Shown here: positions 1 through 11,350 of the stretch, one piece after another
How positions within the stretch are numbered: the first letter of the stretch is position 1
How the letters are laid out: the number at the start of each line of letters is the position of its first letter
Source of the DNA: Dimargaris cristalligena
Lineage: Eukaryota
Direction: 5' to 3'
Assembly (NCBI GenBank): GCA_003614675.1
Contig: ML002294.1
Span: 1 to 46,483 of the forward strand
Length of the DNA stretch: 46,483 nt
Made by a program: the position numbers and the translations under genes
Notes under the pieces: generated by a model
Seen by the model: only the letters and a program-made list of their open reading frames with translations
Database searches by the model: none
What the model was told of the DNA's origin: nothing

Positions 1-772
1 TTTGATGAATAATTGGTTTTACAGGATGAATTGATAGAGTATGATTCAAGGAGCTGTGCTTTACGTTGATAAATGGGTTCTAATTAGTAAAGGAATCAGG
101 TAATTAAATATACTTCCAGTTACCTGCACTCTGCAGCACCACAGAATCACGCTGGTTGATTTGCTGATCAACACCATCTGCCCCAGTGTTCGTAGTGATC
201 ATTTAGGATGAATGTGATACGATCCCCATAAGACATTATACACCCCTCCCCAGGAATGCAGTACTGTTAGGAATCTACTAATCTATTTACCAATACGGTG
301 GTCTATCACCATGCACCAAAGTGAATTGTGTTTAGAGAGCAAATGGGGGCTGGTAATCCCTAATCGCTCGATGTCCAAGTGTAAGTCAATGCAAATCCCA
401 TATCTATAACAGTATCAATTGATCTGTACATTTTGAACCTTTAAACGGCCTGATTCGCAATCATTTACAAGTCTTGCCACATCCTAGTTTTTTTAAACAC
501 ATGCCCTTCCGTGATTAGTAATAGGTGTGGATTATCATAATCGTGCATCTACACATATGGCATCTATATGTCAACATAATTTAATCGACATATTAGGAAA
601 ATTTCGCTTCTCCTTTTTTAGTATAATTCACCTTATATTCATTGGTTATAGATTCCGTACTATTATTGTAATAAGCAAAGAAGGAAAGGAGGGTAGGGGA
701 TATAGAGCAACGGACAATAGGGTGCTAGATTAAACCAGACATGTAACCCACAGGCACCGTAGTAGGTTCTGA

Positions 773-2737
773 TTAGCGGAATTCGTCCTTGAGGGTATAA
801 ATCTTATTATGAGAAACCGCGACATTGCGGACAAATTGTTTAAACCGGAGTGCATTATCGGGATGGGCCTTCAGTTTAGGTTTCAGGATGGCGATCATTT
901 CCTTGGCCTCGAGGCTCTGATTACGGAGTAGGTTGATGATGTCCTGCTCCGTTAACAACAGGGAATCGGTCGCCGCCGCGGCGGCCGTCGGATTCACCGA
1001 AACTTTCCGTGCCTTCTTCGCGTCAGGGGTGGAGGTGATTTCGCCCCCACCGCCGACGGCCCGCCCGGGTTCGGTTTTAACTTTGGCTGCTCCCAAGGAG
1101 GCCGATTTGCTGGGTTTGGTCGACGCCGAAGGTGTAGCTGCCACTGCTGCCGTTGGAGCTCGCTTGCGTTTCTTGGCCGCAGCATTACTGGGCGTGGCGG
1201 CGTTGCTACCGCCACCCCCCGCCGAATCCACGGTAGCCGGGGTTGCTGGGCTGTTGGCTGCGCCACTAGCCGCCGAATCGGCCGGAGTTTCGACCTCTTC
1301 GAACAGATCATCATCGGAGGCGTACGGGTCATCCTCCTGATCGGACTCGTAGGCTTTATTCTTTTCCAAGTCTCGTACGAGATTCTTGAGCTCTTTGCCG
1401 TTTTCATCCAATTTATCGCTGGTGTCGGCATTATCGACATCCTCAAACTCATCTTCCTGGTCTTCGTCATCATTTACCGTCACCGCAGAGAATTTTTGCA
1501 GCCGGCCCTTTTCCCGTTCCTTGGCCTCTTTGGTCTCGTCGTCCATGACTTCGAGCTCACCGCCCCCTTCCTCATCGTCCTGGAAGTCTTCTTCGAAATC
1601 AATTTCGTCCCCGTCGCTGCGGTTACCACCCCCGCCTCGCCGATTACCGCCGCCGGGGCCTTCGCCATCGCTCTCTTGGTCGAGTACCGACGCATCCACT
1701 GTACGCATATCGAAGGAGGCAAAGTCCTCCACGTTGGGATCGTGGTCCGTATTGATCATGTTCTTCAGCCGGGCGACACCGCCGGATTTAGCGGATGAGG
1801 CACCCCCATTTTCCGCATCGGGGCGGGCGGTGCGCCGCTGCATAATCCACCGATCGCTCTCCTCCTTTTGGGACCGTTTAAGTTCATCCTCGGCCTCGTC
1901 AATCGATAATGTGGCGTACTGGAGCTTCGGGTGGAATTTGTACCATTTGTCGGCGGGTATGATTTTGAAGCCATCCTCGATGAGGACAAACATCACGTAG
2001 GAGGACTTCTGACCGCCTTCGAGGGACCCCGTCCACAGTTCCTGGTGGTCGAAATCCTCCAATAGCCAGGGCTTGCTCTCCACCTCGCGTAACTTGCGCA
2101 TTTTCTCGTCTGCCAAGAAAATTTGCTTGGTGCGTTTTTTGAACAGCATCTGTTTATTACGGATGGCACCACCGTGGGGGGCGATGAGCGACGTGTCCAC
2201 CTTGGCGGTAGGGCCTGAGCTACCCCGGAGGGGGTATGTTGGGGTGGGTTCCGGGGCCGCCGCCGAGGTACCCGCGTCATCACCCGGACCACCGGGGAGT
2301 GGGGGTAAACTGGCCTTCACAAACTGTTGAATGGTGGCACGGTCCCGGCGGCGGAGTTTCAGCGGTGGGGTGAATTCCTCCGGCTTGACCTGTTTGTTCG
2401 ACTGAAACCGCATGATATAATGGGTCTCGTCCGATTTGGTGCTGGACACCAACCGGTAGTCCGTATAGCCCCGTTCCGGAACAGCTGGGGTGGCGGCGGC
2501 GGGCGCGCGGGGAGCCGGTGGGGCCTGGGGCCGGGCGCCTGGAGCGGCAGGGTGGGGCCGGCGGGAATTCGCCGAGGCCTGGGGTCCCCGGGCCTGAGTC
2601 GCCCCGCCCGGTAGGATACTGGGTTTGCTGGGTCGCAGGAAACTAGGAACCTTGGGGGGCGCGGGACGTCTAGGAAGGCCAGCACCGGGTTCCCGTTTGA
2701 CGGGAGGCTGGGCTGAAGGTACCGACGGACGATTCAT
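773..2737 (-). CDS. TFG1: Transcription initiation factor TFIIF large (alpha/RAP74) subunit, about 654 aa, single exon
   Basis: Translation has KPWLLEDFD...WTGSLEGG...YVMFVL...FKIIPADKWYKF...YATLSIDEAE, an acidic EIDFEEDFQDDEE tract and a C-terminal winged-helix-like segment (LTEQDIINLLRNQ), as in Tfg1/RAP74. The first in-frame ATG is at 2737 (MNRPSV); the track's TTG start at 2911 is probably UTR. Confidence 0.9.
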   Translation of the reverse strand: MNRPSVPSAQPPVKREPGAGLPRRPAPPKVPSFLRPSKPSILPGGATQARGPQASANSRRPHPAAPGARPQAPPAPRAPAAATPAVPERGYTDYRLVSSTKSDETHYIMRFQSNKQVKPEEFTPPLKLRRRDRATIQQFVKASLPPLPGGPGDDAGTSAAAPEPTPTYPLRGSSGPTAKVDTSLIAPHGGAIRNKQMLFKKRTKQIFLADEKMRKLREVESKPWLLEDFDHQELWTGSLEGGQKSSYVMFVLIEDGFKIIPADKWYKFHPKLQYATLSIDEAEDELKRSQKEESDRWIMQRRTARPDAENGGASSAKSGGVARLKNMINTDHDPNVEDFASFDMRTVDASVLDQESDGEGPGGGNRRGGGGNRSDGDEIDFEEDFQDDEEGGGELEVMDDETKEAKEREKGRLQKFSAVTVNDDEDQEDEFEDVDNADTSDKLDENGKELKNLVRDLEKNKAYESDQEDDPYASDDDLFEEVETPADSAASGAANSPATPATVDSAGGGGSNAATPSNAAAKKRKRAPTAAVAATPSASTKPSKSASLGAAKVKTEPGRAVGGGGEITSTPDAKKARKVSVNPTAAAAATDSLLLTEQDIINLLRNQSLEAKEMIAILKPKLKAHPDNALRFKQFVRNVAVSHNKIYTLKDEFR

Positions 2738-3340
2738 GCTGTAGTGGAGCTCTTTGTCACCAGATAGAGTACCCAACGGCGAGCTTAAAGGGAATAGGTA
2801 TAGGGAGAGAGCTGAAAGGATTAAAATTGGGGGGGGGGTTGAATCAGGCAGGTGGCAAGAACGGGTGGGTTTCAGCACGGGCCTAAACCAGTGTGCAACG
2901 GGAAGTTGCAAATCGACTGACTAAGCAGGAATGATTTGTTAAGCAAATATGCACTGGATTGGTAAGTTCAATAAGAAGAAAGGGGAAACTTGAAAGAAGA
3001 AATAGCGCCGTATCACTTCAAAGAAACAAGCAGCTCAAAGTCAGTGGAGTATTCAAATAAAAATGGCCCATTTCAGAGATGACAAAAGAAACCCACGACC
3101 TTCACTGAAACTACCACGGATACTCATTGTATAGTCTATTTGGAATTTCTTGAATAGTCGGACTCACGATTTAACCGGCATAGTCACCACAACTACTATA
3201 TGCCCACCCTGGGGTTCACAAGGGGCAAGTGACCAGCTGCTCCTCTCTTACTCTTCTATCGCTTGCTCATCATCTGCCACCCTTCCTCCTTCCGGAAGCC
3301 TTCTCAGCCCTTTCCTTCTTTGTTTCCCTTCACCCAATCC

Positions 3341-5892
3341 ATGTCCAACTCACGCGACCATTCTCTAGACCCGCCCGGCGATGGGGGTCTGTTCGGCTCG
3401 TCGGCCCCCTTTGACGACTTCTCTGACCTCCTGACCCGCAGCAGCATCTCCGGACCGATGCTAGGGGCCGATGACCGTTTCCAGGACGATTTGAACCCCT
3501 TCGCCGATGTGATGTCCCCGCTCAGCAGTGCCGCCCTTTACAATGGTATTCCCACGTCGGCCAACCGGGACGAAGAGAGTCACAGCCATTTTACCACCGT
3601 CGACTTTGCTCCTAAGCCCACCGCCGTCACAACCAGCCCGCTCCGTTCGGCTACCCGGTCAAGCAATCTGAACCCCGCCTACCCCGGATCGTCCCCGGGA
3701 CTGCCCACCAACGAACATTGGGACGATGTGCCATCTTCCTCTTCGGCTACCACCACTGTTACTTCGCGACAGGCCATTAACCCCCTAGCGTCCCCGGGTG
3801 TCTTAGACCCCTTTGCCGCTGAGGCCAAATATTCCCCCACCATGGGTCTGTCCGCTGACCTGCCGTCTCTAACAGTGGATACGGCTAACAGCAGCGACCC
3901 CTCTTCGATTATGGAACGCCTAGCCTCCATCGAGATTGGGCCCAATTCCCCGTTACCCGGCGGCTCCCACAGTGGCGGACTCTCTTCCCCACAATTCGCT
4001 GAAGCTGAACCCCCTGTGGACGCCTTGCGTTCCCCTGCCCAGTCACCATTATCGCATGGCCTGGGCCTACCCGACCACCTGGATCCCGCCACGACCTTGG
4101 ATTTGAACTCAGTGCGCCTGGAAACGGGGGCCAACAGTGGGCTTCCGTCGGTGTCCAACTCATCCACACTGGAAAGTCCCACCACTACTTCGAACGGCGG
4201 TCTCTTTGAGATTACTGTCAGCGACCCACATAAAATTGGCGACGCCATGAGCGCGCATGTCGTGTATAAGGTGCATACTAAGGTGAGTTATCTGTTTTAT
4301 TTATTTACCCGCCCTCATGCGGGGTCTGTTTTGGGAGACTCGGCAGGACATTGGGATAGTTGGTATATTTTGTCTTGGCTCCGCCAATTCCGCTTGATAC
4401 ATGTCGTTTGGGCAATATTGTCTAGGATAGAGAGGATCGGATATTAACAATGCGGTTGTTTGAACCCTCTCTCATTCGTGTAATGCATTCATGGTCACCA
4501 GACATCCCAGCCCGGCTTTGACTCCGAGGAGTATAGTGTCCGCCGCCGCTACCGCGATTTTGAATGGCTCTTCAACCAACTCGCTAGTACCCACCCTGGA
4601 GTGGTCATTCCCCCCATGCCTGAGAAGCAATCGCTGGGCCGGTTCCAAGACGACTTTGTAGAAAGTCGCCGCTTTGCTCTTGAGAAATATCTACGCAAAA
4701 TTTCGGTGCATTCACTGTTACAGGCTGACGATGATTTTAAAATCTTCTTGACCTCTGAAAACTTCACGATTGAGGTAAGTTTTTTACTAATGGTATACGT
4801 TTGGGATAGTATGATCGCCCACTGATCCCAAATTCAATCACGAATCACAATATCAATATCAATACCAGTTGCAGCATACCGTTTCTCAATTTAATCCTAA
4901 CCATTATGGCCACATGATTCTATAATGGCCTATTAGACTCGAGTTCGTCGGCCTGAAACCTCTCGCGGGTTTTTCGGCGTCTTTGGTGAAGTCATGAGCG
5001 GCTCATTCTCCAAATATAGCGAAACAGATGAGGTAAGTATTTTACCAAATAATTCGTTTAGTTTACAAGACCCCCCGATCGGGTTCTATAACCAGCTAGA
5101 GATAGCCCAATACCTACACCCCCGACTTTTTTTTTCATTGCCACTAAATCATTATGTTACCATGTCATTTGATACTATTTGTGTACTGTTCGTAATGCCT
5201 CCTCCTGCCCATTTTAGTGGTTTGAAAACCGCAAAGATCAACTGGATGCCCTGGAATCCCAACTTCGCTCTCTCCTCAAGGCCATTGACACCACCATTAA
5301 GCAACGCAAAGAGCTTGCGGTAGCCCATGGGGAGTTTGGTCAGGCCCTAAGGGCCTTGGGGGAAGCTGAGGCCAGCCCCCAGTTGGCTCGCTCCTTTGAA
5401 ATTTTCAGCGAGTTGCAGGACCACCTCCGACAACTCCAAGAGCGCCAGGCCTCGTTCGATGTGAAAACGTTTGAAAGCACCACGGACGAGTACATCCGAA
5501 CCATTGGGTCGATTAAACTGACCCTAACGGCCCGCGTCAAGGCCTACCAAGTGTGGCAGGCTGACGCGGCTGAGCTGCACCGTAAAACCAGTAGCTACGA
5601 TCGCCTGCGCAACCAAACCCGGTTCCGGACCGACCGCACTTCCCAGCTGCAGGCAGAAATTGGCCAATTGGAGATCCAGACCGAGAACCACCGGCACGAA
5701 TTCGAGGATATTTCCACCCTTATTCGGGCGGAATTGGAACGGTTCGATCGGGAAAAGGTGCTGGACTTCAAGGAAAGTGCCGAACAGTTTTTGAGCTCCA
5801 TGGTGGATCATCAGCAAAAAGTAATTCGCCTTTGGGAAGCCTACTTGACCAGTTTCAACCAACCCACCTCGGCCCATACCGAGACCTATTAA
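3341..5892 (+). CDS. VPS5: Retromer sorting nexin Vps5/SNX1-2 (PX + BAR domains), about 661 aa, 4 exons
   Basis: Exons 3341-4282, 4502-4774, 4937-5032 and 5218-5892, all GT..AG with frame kept. PX motifs FEITVSDPHKIGD..AHVVYKV, VRRRYRDFEWL, PGVVIPPMPEKQSLGRFQDDFVESRR..LE; BAR region ETDEWFENRK..., ELERFDREKVLDFK, VIRLWE. Confidence 0.93.
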
Positions 5893-6500
5893 ACCTAACG
5901 GGGGGTGGCCAGTACCACCGGGCCACCGCCCTCATTTAATCATTTTTTAATTATATTTGTTTTCGAACGGAGGGTTAGTTTTATGATATGGAACTCTCTT
6001 TACGCATGCTAGTTTAGTCACTGCTCTCATTGTTGTCCATGGTTTCCCCCCTTCGATTTCCAACAATTTCCCGGATTCGCCTTCATGGCCCTGTATACTG
6101 TATCTGATTTTATTTGCATTTCCTTTATTTTCCATATTTACGCTTACTTCAATTAGTCGATTCGTTATAGTCAAACCATGTTCACAAATTCTATAGGCCC
6201 AACATAGAACTTCCGGTATTATAACTCACCAATAGTCCGCAAACAAGGGGAGGGCTGGATGGCTTGAGAAATGGAGGATTGTCATACCGAGGGGATAAGG
6301 GGCGCGAGTTGGGAGAATCTGGCTACCAGAGCCACTTAGATAGCATTTTCCCGTAGATAGAGGGATAACGACGGCCCCCCAAGCGTAGCTCCTTCCCCGC
6401 TGTCCGAGATTGATGAATGGACAGGGTGGGTGTGACGGTTGGTTCACACAAGACGGATAAAGTGAGCTAATCATGGGGATCACCGGGACAAAGAACGGCG

Positions 6501-6520
6501 ATATATATATATATATATAT
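6501..6520. repeat. (AT)10 microsatellite
   Basis: Perfect dinucleotide run read directly. Confidence 0.95.
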
Positions 6521-7005
6521 GTAGATTAACAATTGACCAGCCGCGTTGAAGCGAAAGCAGGGCAAGGCGTACAGGTACAACCCCCCGGGGTGAAAGCCCT
6601 TCCCCATGTGCAAGAGTCGATAAGTCGACCCCAAGCGAGACAGCGGCGACGCCCAAAGAGAGGAGCAGGCGATAAATGAAATGGTTGCATTAATCGATGT
6701 CGGCGGCGGGCTGTAGTGGGGTTTCCTCTTACTACTCTACTATATATACATTTATGTGGGTATACTCCATTCCGCTGACTTTTACGCGGCTCTTCTTACA
6801 TATATTGGCGACTCTTGCTCAAAAAGGACCTTTACACCTAGACTACTTTATAAGCCCCTGCGATTCCCGCCTATTGCTCTGTATTACACCTGCCAGTTTA
6901 AGCCTGCCCCCCATTCCGCCTCCTCCATACTAAGCCCGATACCCCAACTAGCCCACGCCGGCGCATCTCTCAGTTCTTGCCTACTTTTGTTATTTTATAT
7001 TCGCC

Positions 7006-8730
7006 ATGACCGCCGACCCGAGCGCCCCTCAGCTACGGCATCGCCACCCCACGGGTACCGGGGAGTCCACCGAGCCCACGGCAGCTCCTGCTACTATATC
7101 GCCGGAAAAGGAACCTTGTCCCCCACCGCCGAGCTGGCCCCTCCTATTGCGGCAGGTTTGGACCACGCAATGGGGTCTGGTGGGTGCCTTCCTCCTCCAA
7201 GTCGGGCTTGTGCTGTCTATTTGGCTAGTCGGTTTGGCGACGGGCAGTTTAGCCACGGTGGCCTACGCATACTGGCTCTTGTTCAACGCCGCCAGCTTAC
7301 TCATTGTGGCCATTCAGCGGGCCCTGTTCAGCCACCCCACTCTACGCGGGCAAGACGCTAAAAGCAACAAGAGGGTAGTAGTAGGAGGAGGAGGAGACAC
7401 GACCGAAGAAGAAGGGGTCTTGAACACGGTTGCCGTATACCCGTTTGGCTGGCGTCGGCTGCCCGTTATTCTGACGTTTGCGCAGTTGCTCTACATGCTG
7501 TTCGTGGCCACACATATCTTGACGGAAAGTATTAAGCATAACTTGGATCCCGAGGCCCACCACAGTTTCGACGACCACCACCACGAGTTTTTGGGACAGG
7601 AAGGGTAGGTGTCAGCACTTAATTGGGGTTTTACGACTGTATTATACGGTCCAAGGGCGGTTTCCTTGGCCAGTGGAACTGGGCAGTGCACACTACAGTT
7701 TCGATGGAATACCACACACAAACCCGCACATATATTCGCACATGTACCGGTATTTGGTATCCTATTTCTGCAAACCCACCTTAATCCTCCAGGGATGCTA
7801 TTATGGCGGTCGAATACCCGCGTGACTCGCCTATTCGTCACAACTCATGCCAATTCATTTGAGTGAATGGGTAGGGTAAGCTATGATATTTTCTAACCTA
7901 ATATGAACTATTACTTGCGGATCCTTTTTGAAATAGCACCGTCGAAAGCAACCTCCTGGTCTTGGGATCCATGCTGACGACCCTACTCTTCGTGGTCGTC
8001 CACCAAATCGACCACTTCTCGACCCAAGCCATCACTGCCTCGAGCGCTCTCCATCACCCCGCTGCTGCCCCAGTCCCATCTTCCTGGCGGGCGGCCCTGG
8101 GTAATCGATTTATTACACTATCCCTGGTCAGCGGGGCTCTGATCCTTATCAAGCCATGGTTGTTGAGCCCCCCTCTCAGTCAGACGGTGGACCCTTATTT
8201 AGCCATCATCTTGGCTCTGGCTATGGTCTTGACCTCGGTGCCCTACGTCACCCGAATTGGTACCATTTTACTCCAGGCTGGCCCGGAACAGACACACCGA
8301 GAAATCAAGCAGCGTCTATCGGAGGTAAATACTCACTCACCGGAATATTTAACGCGTTTCGATTATGTATACGTCCTGGTCCTGGGAGGTGGGAAATGAA
8401 GACTAAATGAAGGGAAACCAAGGGGGGGGTACATATGGGTGAGGCACGTGGATTCATAACAGGCTATCCTTGGACATTAGGTGCTAATATATTCTACTCT
8501 TATAATTATCATACGTTATTCACCCTGCCCCTGAGTAGATTTGCCAGTGGCCGGAAGTTCGTGGGTACCGCAGCTTTAGGCTCTGGGCCAATACCACGGA
8601 GGAATTGGTGGGTACTGTGGAATTCATGGTCCACACCAACTGCGGCGACCAGGGACTGCTTCTCCAGCGGATTCGAGGGTATTTAAGTCCGCCTATTCAT
8701 AACCTCACTGTCCAGATCAATCTCGAATAA
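7006..8730 (+). CDS. Cation diffusion facilitator (CDF) zinc-transporter subunit, Zrg17/ZnT6-like, about 392 aa, 3 exons
   Basis: Exons 7006-7604, 7937-8324 and 8539-8730 join in frame. Several TM helices, YPFGWRRLPVILTFA (CDF YxFGxxRxEVL-like), ILTESIKH followed by a His-rich loop, DPYLAIIL...GTILLQ, and a C-terminal alpha/beta domain ending LTVQI. Degenerate metal-site residues fit the Zrg17/ZnT6 partner subunit (inference). Confidence 0.78.
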
Positions 8731-8864
8731 GCGTGCCCACCTTCGACTGTCTGTATCCGTCGCTCTCACCCCTGACATCCAACCCTCCGATTTATATAGT
8801 GTATATAACCTATCAGCTTACCCCAATTTTTTGACCTATTATTTGGCTTTAATGGTACTTGTGA

Positions 8865-8886
8865 ATATATATATATATATATATAT
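8865..8886. repeat. (AT)11 microsatellite
   Basis: Perfect dinucleotide run just 3' of the CDF gene. Confidence 0.95.
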
Positions 8887-10439
8887 GGCCACATCTTTAA
8901 GCGGGGGTTTTACAAGGTGCTTTGAGGCAATTCAATTTCAGAAGTAAATACTAAGGACTTTGGGGCTATTGCGTAGACATTTAATGATATTTAGTTGGTT
9001 TGCCGGTTCAATGCTACTTTGGGACAATACTCGGCTGATGATCAGAGGTCGCTACTGAGTTGAACAAGGGCGGCCACGAACTCGGTCGCAAAATGGGGAG
9101 TGTCTTTATATTAATGCAATGCACTTGAATTAACCTACCATTCAAGGGTTGAAACACAGTCCTGCGGCGGTTTAAATGAACACCCTGCAATTCTTCAGTG
9201 GATCACTCAGCATTTGGCAAGGGTTATCGGATTAGGGTGGTCAATGACCAACCTAATGGCTGTAGGTATCTGAAGATACCAGGGGGCAGTGCACCGCAGG
9301 GACATGCAGCTGTATGGCCAACCCAAAATCCTTGGTAACCGTGGTTTAAGAGCGGGGCAATATTTTGGTCCACGGGTTTGGATTAGCCGATGGTAATGGC
9401 CGATTCCGCATGGGGGGGGGACCTCATAACCTTGAGGTGAAAACCATTGAAGCATCCACACCACATAGCCCTACTCCACATCCCCCTGTCCCCCAGCATG
9501 GGCCCCAAAGGGCCACATCCCATCTGGTCCGAGTCGGCTGGTGATAGTATCCAGCGGTGTATCGATTTGCTTACCAACAATATCATGAACCGTCCCATGG
9601 CTGACAAGGAACTGTGCGATTGATTTTCCGTAATCCCTGGGGACGGGGGGGGGATTGGGGAGAGGGAGGACGAACTGGATGAACTATGAGCTAGATGGGA
9701 GATATGGGCCACGTCTAGGGCCACCATTGGTCCACCAAAGAAGGCTGTATTCCCACTGGACTATTGGGTCTATTAATCCACCACACCTCCCATAATGGCC
9801 CAAGTCACCTAGTACGATAAATAGCTCTATATTTTCACCGGTTGAACAGGTTAGTAGGACAAGTTGAGGGTTCTAGTCTCTTTTACATTTAACACAGTGT
9901 AAATACCGCCTCGAAAGGGCTGGGTAGAAGCGCGTCATTATACAATAAGGTAACCGCAGCCTAAATAGGGGATAGATGTGGTTGTGGTTAATGGCTCACT
10001 GACCCTAAAATCTGGGTAAACGATCACGCGGGCCCCAAGCAGGGAGGGCTGATGAAGTGGGTGGCCTTATTGGGGGCCCTCCCGAAGTTTGACGTGGCAG
10101 TCGATGGTCTGGTGGAAAGAGTCCTGAATTTATTAGATGCATGGGCCGCCAATTATCGTATTATATTCGTACATGCACACACGAATCAAGGGTTGTTGGC
10201 AAGTGTATACAGTGTGGGTTCTTGGCATAGATAGATCCTCTCTTTTGGACTATATCACCGCAGTCCATCGGCCCTACGGTCTCTTCACCTTCGCTTTCCT
10301 TTAGTTCAGCTTTATCTGTTCTTCATTCGCTTTAACCAACTCGTCCGAGTTTCACTGCATTTATATTGAGTCCAGCGTACTCAATCCTCATCATACCCCC
10401 CTTTACCTTCCATTTCCCTAGTTTTTTTTTTCACAGCAG

Positions 10440-11316
10440 GTAAGTTCGAGTAATACATCCTTCCCATCAGTACCACCTCAATCCCTGGCCAGGCCCCCAC
10501 ATACGCATACAATGTCATATTTATAAGGTACCCCAGGTATTAGTAGCCATTTATCTGGATGGCCCCAGTGAATGCCGCGGAGCCCACCAATACACCGGTG
10601 GGCTGCCTTTATTTGTGTGCGCGTGCTGCTGATCTGCTCCGCATGAGGGGTTCCGTGCCAATGTAGGGAGCGGATGGGCCCTGTTGCCTCCCACTTCCCA
10701 CTATTCCGAAACCTTAGTCCAGTGCGTCCTTTCTCCTTGCGCTCTCTGGCCAGGGGTCCTCCGACAGCACCGTGAAAATAGGACTGTCAAACCCTGCCCG
10801 TATTAGGTTCGACAAGCACAACTGGAGAGACGAGAGCCCCTCAGCTCACATTGTCTGGATATGGTGGAAGCGGAGTTGCTTCACTGGGGGGAGGTGTAGT
10901 ATGCCCCCACCTGAACTCTGGTCAAACTGGCCCTTACTAAGCAATCCCCCGTCTTCTGGTTGGCTGGCTGGTTGGGGAGCGTCCTAGTGACTATGTTATC
11001 TACTACTCTGGCCTGGTCTAATACACTCTGTCTAGAGAGATGCGATTGTGGCCATCTCCGGTTTCCACACCTTCATCCTTCCATCTCCTTCGCTCCTTTT
11101 CACAGTGGCCTGCCCTTGAACGATTCCCACCTGCCCTTACCATAGGGTGGCTCTTCCCAAACTAGTGCCTAGCCCAGCCACTCTTTCTGTCCCCTATATA
11201 TTCTTTGGTATTCTAACGTTTGTCATTTTATCCTGTACATCATTACGACCTTCTTCATTCCCTCTCTTTCCTCCCATCCACCCCATTTCTCCGGTTTCCC
11301 TGCACCCGTTGAGCAG
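10440..11316 (+). other. Probable 877-nt 5'-UTR intron of the SERCA gene
   Basis: CAG|GTAAGT donor at 10440 after a pyrimidine-rich leader, CTAAC at about 11213, a long polypyrimidine tract, and CAG at 11314-11316, 34 nt before the ATG at 11351. Confidence 0.6.
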
Positions 11317-11350
11317 GTCCCCACCGTCCAATACGTCGCTGGTGATTCCT

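Noticed and set aside
933-2685. Multiple overlapping and antisense ORFs within TFG1, and likewise within SERCA, SPC97, Lunapark, the kinesin and TRAX
   Set aside because: Shadow ORFs expected from GC-rich, codon-biased exons; no independent motifs.
2738-2911. N-terminal extensions from TTG/GTG starts in the ORF track (also 11147-11350, 38620-38664 and 45637-45780)
   Set aside because: Eukaryotic locus. These stretches are pyrimidine-rich UTR or intron sequence, and homology begins at the downstream ATG.
9207-9727. 114-aa and 85-aa minus-strand ORFs between the CDF gene and SERCA
   Set aside because: Low complexity, no recognisable domain, and no convincing spliced model.
10620-10675. TPP-riboswitch-like words (ctgatctg...gccaatgtaggga) in the SERCA 5' intron
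   Set aside because: The CUGAGA element and P2/P3 pairing are absent, the spacing is wrong, and the gene is unrelated to thiamine.
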